Assembly (NCBI RefSeq): GCF_001194135.2
Contig: NC_069001.1
Coordinates: forward strand, 2,660,062-2,701,045
Reading direction: 5' to 3'
Source of the DNA: Octopus bimaculoides
Lineage: Eukaryota
DNA: 40,984 nt
The notes under the pieces were generated by a model. That model was not told the DNA's origin. It did no database searches and saw only the letters and a program-made list of their open reading frames with translations. This document shows positions 23,466 through 34,764 of this stretch, piece after piece. How positions within the stretch are numbered: the first letter of the stretch is position 1; every line of letters starts with the position of its first letter. The translations under genes were made by a program, and so were the position numbers.

Positions 23466-23765
23466 NNNNNNNNNNNNNNNNNNNNNNNNNNNNNNNNNNN
23501 NNNNNNNNNNNNNNNNNNNNNNNNNNNNNNNNNNNNNNNNNNNNNNNNNNNNNNNNNNNNNNNNNNNNNNNNNNNNNNNNNNNNNNNNNNNNNNNNNNNN
23601 NNNNNNNNNNNNNNNNNNNNNNNNNNNNNNNNNNNNNNNNNNNNNNNNNNNNNNNNNNNNNNNNNNNNNNNNNNNNNNNNNNNNNNNNNNNNNNNNNNNN
23701 NNNNNNNNNNNNNNNNNNNNNNNNNNNNNNNNNNNNNNNNNNNNNNNNNNNNNNNNNNNNNNNNN

Positions 23766-23802
<37 letters not shown>

Positions 23803-23804
<2 letters not shown>

Positions 23805-24405
23805 AGTGTGCAGTTATGGTTTTTTTTAAATGCTTATATAATAACAGGAAAAAATTGTAGTTTTATAAAAAAATAGCATAAACATAAAGCTAAATAATCA
23901 ATTTAATAATTTCATCCAATAGAACCATCATAAGCATCAATAACTACCTCTGCACAGGGTGAAAATCGTTAACAAACTCGGATTAAGTGGTCTTTGTTCA
24001 TATCAGACATGACTCGAACTATGGTGGCTTTCAAAGACTCTTTGGTACTATGTAGGTGTTCATTGACATTTTTCTCAATGATGCTTCATACATGGTAGTC
24101 CAGTGAATTGAGATCTGGAGAATTAAGGGGCCAAATGTTGGGGGTCATGTGATCGTGCAAATTGTCAGCCATCCTTTCTTGTGTCATTTTGATGGTGCAG
24201 AATCTTGTTGAAAGACATAAGGCCTTCCATCACATACACTGTTGATCCAAGGCTTACCGACTTTATCCAGAACATCAATATACACAGCAGTATTCATCCT
24301 AAGGCCTTGTAGTAAAAAGTGAGGTGGGATCACATGTCCTTCATTGCTAACAACACCCAAAACCATGACATTTGCAGGAACTTTTGTGTGCATTACTTTG
24401 GAACT
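23803..24405 (-). mobile_element. Tc1/mariner (DD37D, maT-like) transposon 3' part, pseudogene
   Basis: MHTKVPANVMVLGVVSNEG..YVFQQDSAPS, then a frameshifting deletion, then TPNIWPLNSPDLNSLDYHV*. The ORF ends at ~23912. A TIR-like end (TA)CCAGTGTGCAG at 23803 abuts (TA)n. The DD37D spacing is inferred, since the deletion lies between the two aspartates. Confidence 0.88.
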
Positions 24406-24439
24406 TCAGAAAGGTTTGCACATAGCAAAAAATATAGGA

Positions 24440-24535
24440 ATAAGCAGTGGAGTAAATTTGTTTGACTAAAGTTGTGAAGGCAGTGCTCCAGACTGGCCAC
24501 AACCAAAAGACTCAAACAAGTAAAAGTAAGAGAGA
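24440..24535 (+). mobile_element. SINE family A tail, decayed
   Basis: TTTGTTTGACTAAA..GAAGGCAGTGCTCCAGACTGGCCACAACC..GACTCAAACAAGTAAAAG. Confidence 0.7.
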
Positions 24536-24894
24536 TGTTTGCAAATAATCTACAAGAACAATATGGTTATTGTCAAAAAGACATCGGAATACCTTGAGAA
24601 AGGATAAGATAACCTAAAAACACAACTGACAGCAAAACTGAACATACAAAACGGTACAAATAAAACGTTTAACAATAAATTGATTCTGTTTCTATGTTTA
24701 AACATTCAAACAGACAATGATAGATGTGTCATGTTCGTTTATAAGAGACACAAATAAGCATTTGGACTAATGTGGAGACAGAGTTGACATCTACGGAGAA
24801 ACGAAATGCTGGCTGGAAAACCCGTAGTTAGAAGATCTTTCAGGTTTTCCTACACAAATGAAGTGCCAGGGAAACAAGCCTAGTCTTTATGGCT

Positions 24895-25075
24895 TTCGGT
24901 GTGTGGTTAAGAAGCTTCCTTTTGCAATCATATGGTTTCCGTTTCAGTCCCACTGTACAGCACCTTGGTCAAGTGTCTTCTACTGCTATAGCCCTGCGAC
25001 AACCAATGCCTTGTGAATGAATTTGGTCAACGGAAATTGTGTATAAGCTCATCATGTATGAATATATACATACAT
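24895..25075 (+). mobile_element. SINE family A, 5' half
   Basis: GTGTGGTTAAGAAGCTTCC..TTCAGTCCCACTGTACAGCACCTTGGTCAAGTGTCTTC..GCCTTGTGAATGAATTTGG. Confidence 0.8.
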
Positions 25076-25164
25076 GTGTGTGTGTGTAACTATCTATCTA
25101 TCTATCTATCTCTCTCTCTCACTATATATATATATATGTATGTATGTACGTGTACATATATATA

Positions 25165-25315
25165 TATCATCATCATTTAACGTCTGCTTTCCATGCTGGC
25201 AAGGGTTGGACAGTTTGACAGGAACTAGTTAGGCAGAAGACAGCATCTTGCTTCACTGTCTGTTTTGGCAGATCTTTTTTTACAGTTGGATGCTCTTCCT
25301 AACACTAACCACTCC
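25165..25315 (-). mobile_element. SINE family B tail
   Basis: CATCATCATTTAACGTCTGCTTTCCATGCTGGC..GGATGCTCTTCCTAACACTAACCACTCC. Confidence 0.8.
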
Positions 25316-25352
25316 ACACACACACACACACACACACACATATGTATGTATG

Positions 25353-25478
<126 letters not shown>

Positions 25479-27099
25479 TTAAAAAATAATAAGTACTCTC
25501 ACTAACACATGTATATAAATTATTACACACACATCAGCATGTATGTGTATACATATGTGTGCATGTATGTGTGTGCATATCTGTGTGTGCATGTGTGTGT
25601 GTATGTGTGTGCGCACGCGTGCGTATGTGTCATTGTAATCTGACACAACTCCACAACCCAAATGAAATTATCTGTCCATTCACTCCAGAATGTTAACTGT
25701 ATGAAAGTGGTAGACCACTCCCCACCATTCTTTTTCTTTTACTAACGAACATTATCCAATTAACATGCTAAATCCATTGAAAAAATTATTATTTGTATTG
25801 CTGTCGATTATTATTTATTTATTCTATGATAATTATTATCATTGTTATTGTTGTTGCGGTGTTGTGTGTTATGGAGTATGAAACTCTTTCTCTACTCCCA
25901 CATCTTCCAAACGCATATAACCATTGCCATTCAGAAGTTTAAGCAGAACACAGTGATCAACTCCACTCCCGCATTCAATCTCACTCGTTCACGAGCCAAT
26001 ACTGGAGCTTCTATGGGGTCTTTTAATCTGCTAGAAATCCTAAACAAATCACCATCAAAATCACACTTTATTATCTTTAATAATAAAAGCGAAATCCTGT
26101 TTATCCATCTGGGACCCCCATATCTCAGTCTACATTGGATCTACATAGACATATTATACCTTTCTGGAGTCAAGATGATCGTGGGATGGAAAATCTGCCC
26201 TTCGTTTGGTTCTTGAATATCCAGCAATGGGGTCTGATTTAAAAGCATTTGGGTTGCTATTTCTAGCAGGTAAAGCTTGGCTGATTCACACCATCTTGGT
26301 TGGCATTTGTCAGATGACAAGTGGGGAGATAAATGACATTTACCTCGTTAATTTTATGTCGAGAGAAGAACTTTGGGACAAATTGGCCAACAGTTGGAAA
26401 TCAACTTGGGACTGGAACAATGGAATAATTCCATTACAGAATTAATTCTCATCCATTCTTAACCTCTGATCAAACACCACAAGGGCATATAGTCATTATA
26501 GATGTACCATAGCCATGCCATTTAGCTCTCTTTAGTTTGGGGGCTGCAGGTGCAATTAACCTTCTGCAGCAGCTTGCCTAAAAGACTGCATGGAGTGCAG
26601 CTTTTAAGCTAGTATTAAATAAGACAAAGAAACAGAGGGAGCAAGCTAATGTACAATACATCCATTTGATCACAATAAACAAATCATGTGCAGGTTGTAC
26701 TGCAAGAAATTGCAGAACCATCTTTCTTAAACTTAAGGGACTACCATTAAATTCTAGGAAGGGCAATATTTGTTTAAAGGTTTCTGGTTTATGGAGGGTT
26801 AGTTGCATATGTATCCCAGGACATTACATTTCATAATAGTGAGAAACAAAAGCACAGGACATGTGTAAATAACCTTTTGAACATTGTACCCGTAAGATGG
26901 TGGGTAAAGTGAAACCAAGTGTACTACGTCAAAGTGAAGGGTAAACAAATAATCGTTAATTGTTCATAATCAGCATACAAACGTAATTGATATATTTTAT
27001 TTCATCTGTATGATAATTATTATATTTCAGTTAACCGAAATATATCATTATTTCTTGTTATTGTTTCTGTAGCTTGAAAAGAAATCGGAGATGTTTCAA

Positions 27100-27462
27100 A
27101 ATGTTTATGAAAAATTTTGAAGTTCTACTGGCTGAATATGATCTTGAATAACCAACTACACACCAAGGCTAATGTAAAACCAATAAGAGAAACTATTGCA
27201 GCAAGGAGACGGAAATGGCTGGGTTGAGTTTGTTGCTATGAACTGAACTCAGTTGTCAGGATCACTTTGCAACAGGCTCTACAAGGTAAAAGAAGACATG
27301 GCTGACCAAAGGAAACACGGCAGAGAACAGTAACAAAAGAGCTTAAAAGCAGAAGGGTTAACAATGGAACAAGCTTTCAAGGATGCTTTCAGTGTTGGAA
27401 GGTGGAATGGTCTTGCTGTTGCCACAAGTACCACAAGGCACAATAAGAACTGAATGAATGAA
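27100..27462 (+). mobile_element. RTE-clade LINE 3' end, decayed
   Basis: Frames read LKFYWLNM, NNQLHTKANVKPIRETIAARRRKWLG, ..QGKRRHG-PKET-QRTVTKEL and GRWNGLAVATSTTRHNKN*, the canonical RTE C-terminus, followed by a TGAA-repeat tail. Confidence 0.8.
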
Positions 27463-27512
27463 ACCAAAATATAATATTTATTATAGGAGACAGTAATGCG
27501 TGTTGCATTTGA

Positions 27513-27625
27513 TTAACCCTTTCCTTACTGTATTTCTGTTGAGATGCTTCTTGAGTGTTTCTTTCAATTAATTTTAAATATAACAAAGAATTTAGTAAAA
27601 TAACTCCAAGGTTTGGAGAATTTTT
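27513..27625. mobile_element. Truncated MITE end, piggyBac-like
   Basis: Begins TTAA|CCCTTT (TTAA target plus CCC terminus). No matching opposite TIR was found. Confidence 0.4.
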
Positions 27626-27804
27626 AGTCAAATGAATTGACCCCAGAACTTGTTTTTTTCTTTTTTCAAAGCCTGGTACTTATTCTACTGGTCTTTATCG
27701 CCAGACTGCTAGGTTATGGGAACAGAAACAAACCAATACCAGTTGTCAAGTGGTGGTGGGGGGGACAAACACATGCACACACACACATACACACATGCAC
27801 ACAT

Positions 27805-27836
<32 letters not shown>

Positions 27837-27995
27837 CAGACTTCTTTCACATCTTGTCTACCAAAGCCACTCAAAAGGTTTTGGTTGGACCCAGAGTTGA
27901 GATATAGTAGAAGACACTTGCCCAGGGTGTCACATAGTGGGACTGAACCCAGAATCATGTGGTTAGGACACAAACTTCTTACCATGCAGCCACAC
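27626..27995 (-). mobile_element. SINE family A, head and body with CA microsatellite
   Basis: GACCCCAGAACTT..AGCCTGGTACTTATTC, (CA)n, AGAAGACACTTGCCCAGGGTGTCACATAGTGGGACTGAACCC and CTTCTTACCATGCAGCCAC. Confidence 0.85.
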
Positions 27996-28432
27996 CTTTA
28001 TCAACAATGCATTCATGTCAAACACAGAATCAAACAAGCCACGTAACATGATACACTTTCTGTTCTTGCTTCAATAATTTTATTTTCAAAGTTTATTTAA
28101 GTGCATTACCATTTCCGGAACTCATTACCGGAACAACAGAAAATTAGTCTTGCCAAACCTTCATTCAATGAAATAGGAAAACACGTCTGGAATGCAGCTA
28201 TTTGCAAGTTCTAATGATCGACGTTGAAACTTAGTGTGATAAACATTGTTCAAGGCACTGCTTTCTTTCATACAAATGAAGTCTATGTTTTTGTTGATGA
28301 AACCAGTATAATACAGAAACATGTAGTGATGAAAATAATAAGCAACTTTAAAAGAACAATAATATACTTACTCTACTTGATGTGCTTTAATTTGAAGGGA
28401 CAAATACATGCAGAGTCATATATATATATATA

Positions 28433-29112
28433 CAGGGTGCGGTGAATAAACTGTCGTCTAAGTCAGTGCTACCCAAAGTGGTGGTCCTTTGGACCAGTGC
28501 TGGTCTGTGAGCCATTAGCTGCCGGTATGCGACGAGTTTCCAGAAAAGAAAGAAATATTATAACAAGATTATAAAATGCTTATAAAATGCTTATGCAATA
28601 TTGTATTATTTGTTTACAAAATAAATATAAGATAAAAAAAAAATTGTCAACTTTTATTATATCCATTATATATATTGTTTCCAGTATAAATTGATATTAC
28701 TAAGAAATATTACCAGTCTCTGGCACATTGGCAAAAAAAAACTGCCAGTACGCTACATCAGAGAGTTTGAGAAGCACTGGTCTAAGTTATGCAAAAATGA
28801 AAATGACACTGACAACTCATTTTAATAAATATATTTACCAAAATGACATAAAAATATCTTGAAATAGGAAAGAGTAAATTTATTCAATAAAATCGCCATT
28901 AGCTTCAGCCGCGGCCTCCAGACAACTTCGGAATCTCCTGCAACTCTTCTGATGGTCTCCAGGTTTAAGTTGGTGAATGCTGCCATAATCCTTGCATTCA
29001 GTTCATCTTTGCTCATCTGTGGCCCACACATAATAATCAAGATGGTTGCAGTTTGGGGAGTTAGGTGACCATATATTAGGGGTGGTGTGGTCGCAGAAAT
29101 TGTCTGACAGCT
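28433..29112 (-). mobile_element. Second maT-like mariner 3' part, interrupted by a hAT MITE
   Basis: The minus strand reads LSDNFCDHTTPNIWSPNSPNCNHLDYYVW, then a deletion, then KDELNARIMAAFTNLNLETI. TIR TA|CAGGGTGCGGTGAATAAACTGTC at 28433. Confidence 0.85.
28464..28779. mobile_element. Complete 316-bp hAT (Charlie-like) MITE with perfect 8-bp TSD
   Basis: TIRs CAGTGCTACCCAAA and TTTGAGAAGCACTG (12/14 match). TSD GTCTAAGT at 28456-28463 and 28780-28787. Confidence 0.93.
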
Positions 29113-29124
29113 AATTGTCTGATA

Positions 29125-29283
29125 TTGGTGGGTTTACATCCCTCTAAGTCAGTGATTTGGCAAAAGAGACTAATAGAATTAGTACTAGGGGTACAAAGAA
29201 TAAGCCCTGGGGGTCGATTTGTTCAACTAAAGGTGGTGCTCCAGCATGGCCACAGTCAAAATGACGGAAACAAGTAAAAGAAT
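29125..29283 (+). mobile_element. SINE family A, 3' half
   Basis: GGCAAAAGAGACTAATAGAATTAGTACT..GGGGTCGATTTGTTCAACTAAAGGTGGTGCTCCAGCATGGCCACAGTC. Confidence 0.85.
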
Positions 29284-29767
29284 TGTAGAAGCATAACCAA
29301 TACTATGGCCCTACTTAGATTGTAGACTTAACCCTTCACCCATCAACAGACCCCCTTGGGATGCCTTTAGCCGAATTCATCCCATTGCATGCATTTGGAC
29401 CTAGTTTCCAGCCTGGGGGATAATCTTCTTCCATCCTTCTTTCCATCCATTCTCAAAGGCCCCTGTAACAGGTCCGCTTGAGGAAAAGATGTAAAAGAAA
29501 CGGAATAAGGGGCTGGTTGGGTAAGGGGAATAACAACATTGAAGCACTTCAGTTAGGAGAAACGTGAAGGAAGAGTGGAAGGAGGAGGAGGAGCAGCAGG
29601 AGGAGACTGAAAGCAGGGAATATGTCGTTTTCTGAAACGTCCCTTTTTACATATAACCCCTTCAAGGCAACACCCCTTTCTCCCGAGACTGCAAATAGCT
29701 GGCTTCATTGGCCTCTCCGTTGTCCTATATATATGTGCATATATTATGTATGTATGTATGTAAGCAC

Positions 29768-29798
<31 letters not shown>

Positions 29799-30069
29799 CG
29801 TACGTTGTATATATTTCAGCAATTGTCAAATTTTACTGAAACTCATGTTTCCAGGGATTGGTCTTCGGTACGACAGGCTGTATAGGTATGTGTGTGTGTG
29901 TGTATGTACGCGTGTATGTACGTGTGTGCATGGGTTGCGCGCGCGCGCGTGTGAGTGCGTCTGTGTTGCTGTTTATGAGACATTCCGACAACGTACCTAT
30001 AAATATGTGTGTGTATATGTATGCACAAACATATATCTGTACATATGTTAATGTATATATTGACATACG

Positions 30070-30103
<34 letters not shown>

Positions 30104-30317
30104 CANNNNNNNNNNNNNNNNNNNNNNNNNNNNNNNNNNNNNNNNNNNNNNNNNNNNNNNNNNNNNNNNNNNNNNNNNNNNNNNNNNNNNNNNNNNNNNN
30201 NNNNNNNNNNNNNNNNNNNNNNNNNNNNNNNNNNNNNNNNNNNNNNNNNNNNNNNNNNNNNNNNNNNNNNNNNNNNNNNNNNNNNNNNNNNNNNNNNNNN
30301 NNTATATATATATATAT

Positions 30318-30375
<58 letters not shown>

Positions 30376-30798
30376 GGGTGTGTTTGTGTGTGCGGAATTT
30401 GATTGAACGTACGTGTGTCTGAGAGTGTGTCTGGCACATTCCGTTCGTGAAAGAGAGAGCGTGTGTGTGTGTGTATGTATACATTTGTATGTATTTATGT
30501 CTTTCTTTTATGTGTGTGTGTGTGTGTGTGTGTGCTTGTGACTGTACGAGGGTAGGGGGTTATCATTGTTAGTAAGTCTGTCTCGGTATGTGAGCATGTA
30601 TACGTGTGTGTCCATGTGTGTGTGTATGTGTGCGTATGTGTGTGTGTGTACACATTAGTGGCTGTTTGTGTTTGTGTGCGTGAGAGAGAGAAAGGGGTGT
30701 AGTGAGAGAATTTTTAATCTAAGATATAGGACATTTCGTGGTTGTGTAGGAATCTTAGCTAGGCTGAAGTGTGGTGGTTGTGGATTCCGAACTTTATG

Positions 30799-30835
<37 letters not shown>

Positions 30836-31172
30836 CATATGTATATGTATGAAAGTACGTACTTACGTTGTATATGTATGTATTTGTGTGTGGATGTGTG
30901 GGTGTGTGGATGTGTATATTCAATTAAGCCAGCGACCTCTTCCTACACATGGTGTCCATACGGTTATAACTCAAAGCATATATAATTACTAAACTCTCTC
31001 TTGTCTCGCACTCACATACGTACACACGAAGTATATCATTACGCGTACATATTGACAGACATACATATGTGAATAAACACACACACACACACACACACAC
31101 ACATAGGTATGTTGGTGCAAACAGCAAAAATAAAACTCAAAATATGAATATATGTATATTTTTATTAATATT

Positions 31173-31220
31173 TCAAGGTCCGAAAGTTGAGTGCCAACGC
31201 ACGAAACTCTCGGACCTTGA
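31173..31220. repeat. 48-bp hairpin, copy 2 of the small hairpin repeat
   Basis: TCAAGGTCCGA-a-AGTT-ga-GTGC-caac-GCAC-ga-AACT-c-TCGGACCTTGA. Confidence 0.8.
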
Positions 31221-31926
31221 GTCACTCTGTTGCTTCTGCTAAATGTATATATATATATATATNNNNNNNNNNNNNNNNNNNNNNNNNNNNNNNNNNCAAA
31301 GCGACGAAAATATTTTGACAAATTAAATTTAAATGTTGAAGTGAATCTAACGGATTTTGTGTGTTATTTTAAATGGCTTATAAACACCTTCCACGCTGCA
31401 ATTGTTTTCGTTCCAGCACACGATCTCAGATCAGGTCACTTGCTATGCAAGTGCATCTCCCTATATATATATATATGTTTATAAAATGACATTCATACAT
31501 ACAGATGCACATACAGAAATGTCTAAAGAATCCCACAAAGACCACCGACCGGGCGGCTCATATTACAGGACTCTGGACAAATCAATGCACAGGGTCCTTA
31601 TAGTATCTATTTATTGACAATAAGTTACAACGTACGTAGATCACGACTGGAATCTTAAACCCATGAGGTCCCTGGGTAACTGCCCATTGCTGCCTTGCTT
31701 AAAGTGGCACTGCATACCACACACACATATATATATGCAATGTATGCGTCTTTCCAAAAACAGAATACGCATGTGTATATGTATGTATGTCCATATACAT
31801 GCATGCATGTATATATGTATGTATGTCCGTATGCATGCATGTATGTATATATATATATGCTAAATGTGTTGAGTGCCTTTTTCTTTCGTTTGTCTACTCC
31901 TCCCCTATAAATACAATTACGTACAT

Positions 31927-32239
31927 AACTTAACGGTACGGCAAAAAGAGAACGATGCAATAAGTATCATGTTTATAAGTACTGGGGGTCGATTTGTTCG
32001 ACTAAATCGGTTACAGGGACGTAAACAAACCGACACTGTCAAGCAGTGGGATGGGAAGAAACACAAACGCATATATATGGAGAGACGATGAGTTTCTTTC
32101 AGTTTACGTCTACCAAATCCACGCAATTGGTCTGCCGAGGGATATAGCAAAAAACATGTGCCTCAGGTGCCAGGCAGAGGGATTGAACCCGCTGTCATGT
32201 GATTGGGTTGCAAACTTCTTAACACACAGCCACGCCTGC
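31927..32239 (-). mobile_element. SINE family A with an internally inverted segment
   Basis: The head and body lie on the minus strand (32010-32239). The next ~76 bp of the element lie on the plus strand (31930-32005). Confidence 0.75.
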
Positions 32240-32333
32240 AACTTGCTATTTGTACATATATTATACGTAAATATATGTGTGTATGTGTGTGTTTATTAAA
32301 TGTCTACATGCGTACGTAGGCCTACACTCATAC

Positions 32334-32498
32334 AAGCAGCAGGCCATCCGGGAGTCACCCAGACAGCCCGCGACATCGCGTAGGTCGTGTGGCAGGCAGC
32401 CAGACCAGGACACGACGTTAGCCATGCGGATCCTCTCCCAGAAAAGAGGGTTGCTGGTAGGAGTAGTAGGAGTAAGTGATAGCGTGATGGTAGGAGGT
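32334..32498 (-). CDS. Candidate 165-bp symmetric exon of an unidentified gene
   Basis: Strong acceptor CTCCTCTTTTTTCTTCTAG, donor TT|GTATGA, CpG-rich. Two open frames: LLPSRYHLLLLLLPATLFSGRGSAWLTSCPGLAACHTTYAMSRAVWVTPGWPAA or PPTITLSLTPTTPTSNPLFWERIRMANVVSWSGCLPHDLRDVAGCLGDSRMACC. Confidence 0.3.
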
Positions 32499-32599
32499 CT
32501 AGAAGAAAAAAGAGGAGTAATGGTAGTAGGAGCGAAATATGAAGTAGTAGCTGTTTAAGTCGTCGGGTGTCGTCTGCTGATAATACGTGTCACTATGGG

Positions 32600-33330
32600 A
32601 GGATGAGGAGGGTAAACGGATAAAGGCAAGAGGAGAGAGAGAGAGAGAAAAGGAGAAAGATAGAATGGGAAATAGATAGAGGGAGGGTTAGAAAGGGGAT
32701 GAATGTTAGAGGGGGAGTTTTAAATATTTTTAAATACAAAGAAGAAAGGGATAAAGAGAAGGATAGAGAACGAAAGAAATAAAGAGAAAGATTGACACAA
32801 AGAGATAGAGAGAGAAAGATAGACACAAAGTGGGAGAGGGAGAGAGAATGAGGGATAGAAAGAGACAGAGGGAGAAAGATAGATATAAAGAGAGACGGGG
32901 AAGAAAGACCGAAGAAGGGAGGGGGATTGTGATGTTGGCGATGATGTTGATGAAGGAGTAATAGGGGTGAAGAAGATGTAGTTTTTATGATATGGTATAA
33001 GAGAGGGGGGGGGAAATAAAGACAAGGTTAGCGATTTTGTGTGGTAGGAGGGAGAGAGACAGAGATAGATACAAAGAAAAGAGTAAGACACTCGCGGGGA
33101 GAAGGGTAGGGGGTGAACCACTGTAGACGAAATTTTAGAACAAAACACGATATAGATATACGTAACTATGCATACAAATGGATAGATAGAGAGACAGGCA
33201 GATAGATAGATAGATGGATAGATAGATAGATAGATGGATAGATAGAAAGATAGATGGATAGATAGGTAGGTAGATACAGGTGGGAAGAAAGAGAAAGTTC
33301 GGTGAGAACATAAGAAAGCGTTGATAGAAT
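32600..33330. repeat. Long purine-rich (GA/GGA/GATA) tract
   Basis: About 700 bp strongly A/G-biased on the plus strand, ending in (GATA/GGAT)n. Confidence 0.85.
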
Positions 33331-33438
33331 TGACTGAGAAAGATGCGACTGTGATTGTGTCTGTGTGTATGTCCACATTCACGTACATTCATGTGTGTGT
33401 GCTGTTCTAATGAGCATACTGAATATTAACTAGACATT

Positions 33439-33634
33439 CTAGGCACAAGGCCCGAAATTTTGGGGGAGGGGCCAGTCGATGAAATCGACCCTGTACGTAA
33501 CTGGTACTTAATTTATCGATTTCCGAAAGGATGAAAGGCAAAGTCGACCTCGGCGGAATTTGAACGTAAAAACAGACGAAATACCGCAAAGCATTTCGCC
33601 CGGCGTGCTAACGTTTCTGCCAGCTCACCACCTT
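33439..33634 (-). mobile_element. Full-length SINE family D with 19-bp TSD
   Basis: The intact element is flanked by TGAATATTAACTAGACATT (33420-33438) and TGAATATTAACTAGATATT (33635-33653), with one mismatch. Confidence 0.93.
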
Positions 33635-33809
33635 TGAATATTAACTAGATATTGCTTGGTCAATGCTATGTATATGCATACACCTTGTCCACGCACACAC
33701 ACAATATAATCGGGAGTGTGTGTGGGGGGGGGGAGTGTGGGAGGGGAATAAGTCTGATTGATTCCAGTCTTGTATTGGAATTTCAAGCGCGACTGGGGGT
33801 TTCTTTACG

Positions 33810-33930
33810 AGGGATTTCTTTCAGTTTCCGTCTACCAAATTCACTCACAAGGCTTTGGTTGGCCCGAGGATATAGTAGAAGACACTTGCCAAAAGTACCA
33901 CGCAGTGGAACTGAACCCGGAACCATCTGA
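33810..33930 (-). mobile_element. SINE family A, 5' part
   Basis: TTTCTTTCAGTTTCCGTCTACCAAATTCACTCACAAGGCTTTGGTTGGCCCGAGG..AGAAGACACTTGCC..GAACTGAACCCGGAACC. Confidence 0.85.
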
Positions 33931-34570
33931 TTCCGGATGGTGCTCGAAAAATAAGGGGGTGTTACTTTAGTTCACTGGTAGTGAACAGCTGACACTGTAG
34001 TACATCTCCAGCATTAGATGCTGTGCAGAGACAATATAACCCACAAATAAAAGACACACTCTATCCAGAGAAATAAACTTCCACCAGCAAGCTAAAAAGA
34101 GCAAAGCATTACACACTCAACACGCATTACAAGTAGTAACACAACAAAAGACTGCACCACACCTCAAGGGAAACAAAAACTACATAGCACAATGCAGTGC
34201 CGGGAAGAGTTTGCACACTCCCAACAGCAGAAAAGGACACAGAAGGTGATGCAGTAGGCAACTGCCTCAAAATGAGGCCGCAAAAACTAAATTCAAAGAA
34301 AGGAAGAGAATCGAGGTGGATGAAAAAGAGAAAGCCGTAATGAGAAGAGCACTGAGTGACAAGTAAACAAGCACGACTTGGACATCGACATAGATACGAG
34401 AACAGAGACGACATGTGGAGGATGTGAAAGGAGGAGGGTGGAGTGGAGGAAGAGTGAGAGGAGAAGGTTAGAGAGAAACAGTTTAAGAACAGTAGAAGGA
34501 CTAGCAAACACCGTTGAGTTAAAGTATATCACCTTCTTTAACGGGGGTAGAAGCACACATACACACTAAA

Positions 34571-34633
<63 letters not shown>

Positions 34634-34764
34634 GGGTGGGGGTGTAGGAATGTAGGTATATATTCATTGAAATGTCTTAGTTATTCAAATGACTGTGCCC
34701 TAATTAAGGTCATACAATGGTTTTAAGGCGAGCGTGTCACCTCTCGTACGTATTTCTCTTTGGA

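Noticed and set aside
25990-26411. Three small minus-strand exon-like segments (including 26344-26411)
   Set aside because: The peptides are unrecognised, one acceptor lies in a SINE E remnant, and the phase matches are expected by chance.
26578-26808. 76-aa ORF, with the opposite strand also largely open
   Set aside because: No recognisable motif or splice framework.
29330-29730. Possible Penelope-like relic (peptide LGPNACNGMNS, CTGAAG remnant) or Cys-rich mini-ORF
   Set aside because: Only a vague resemblance to GIY-YIG C-termini, with no complete hammerhead core. It needs a repeat-library search.
34050-34560. Purine-rich stretch with charged peptide frames
   Set aside because: It could be a LINE relic, but no diagnostic motif could be fixed.
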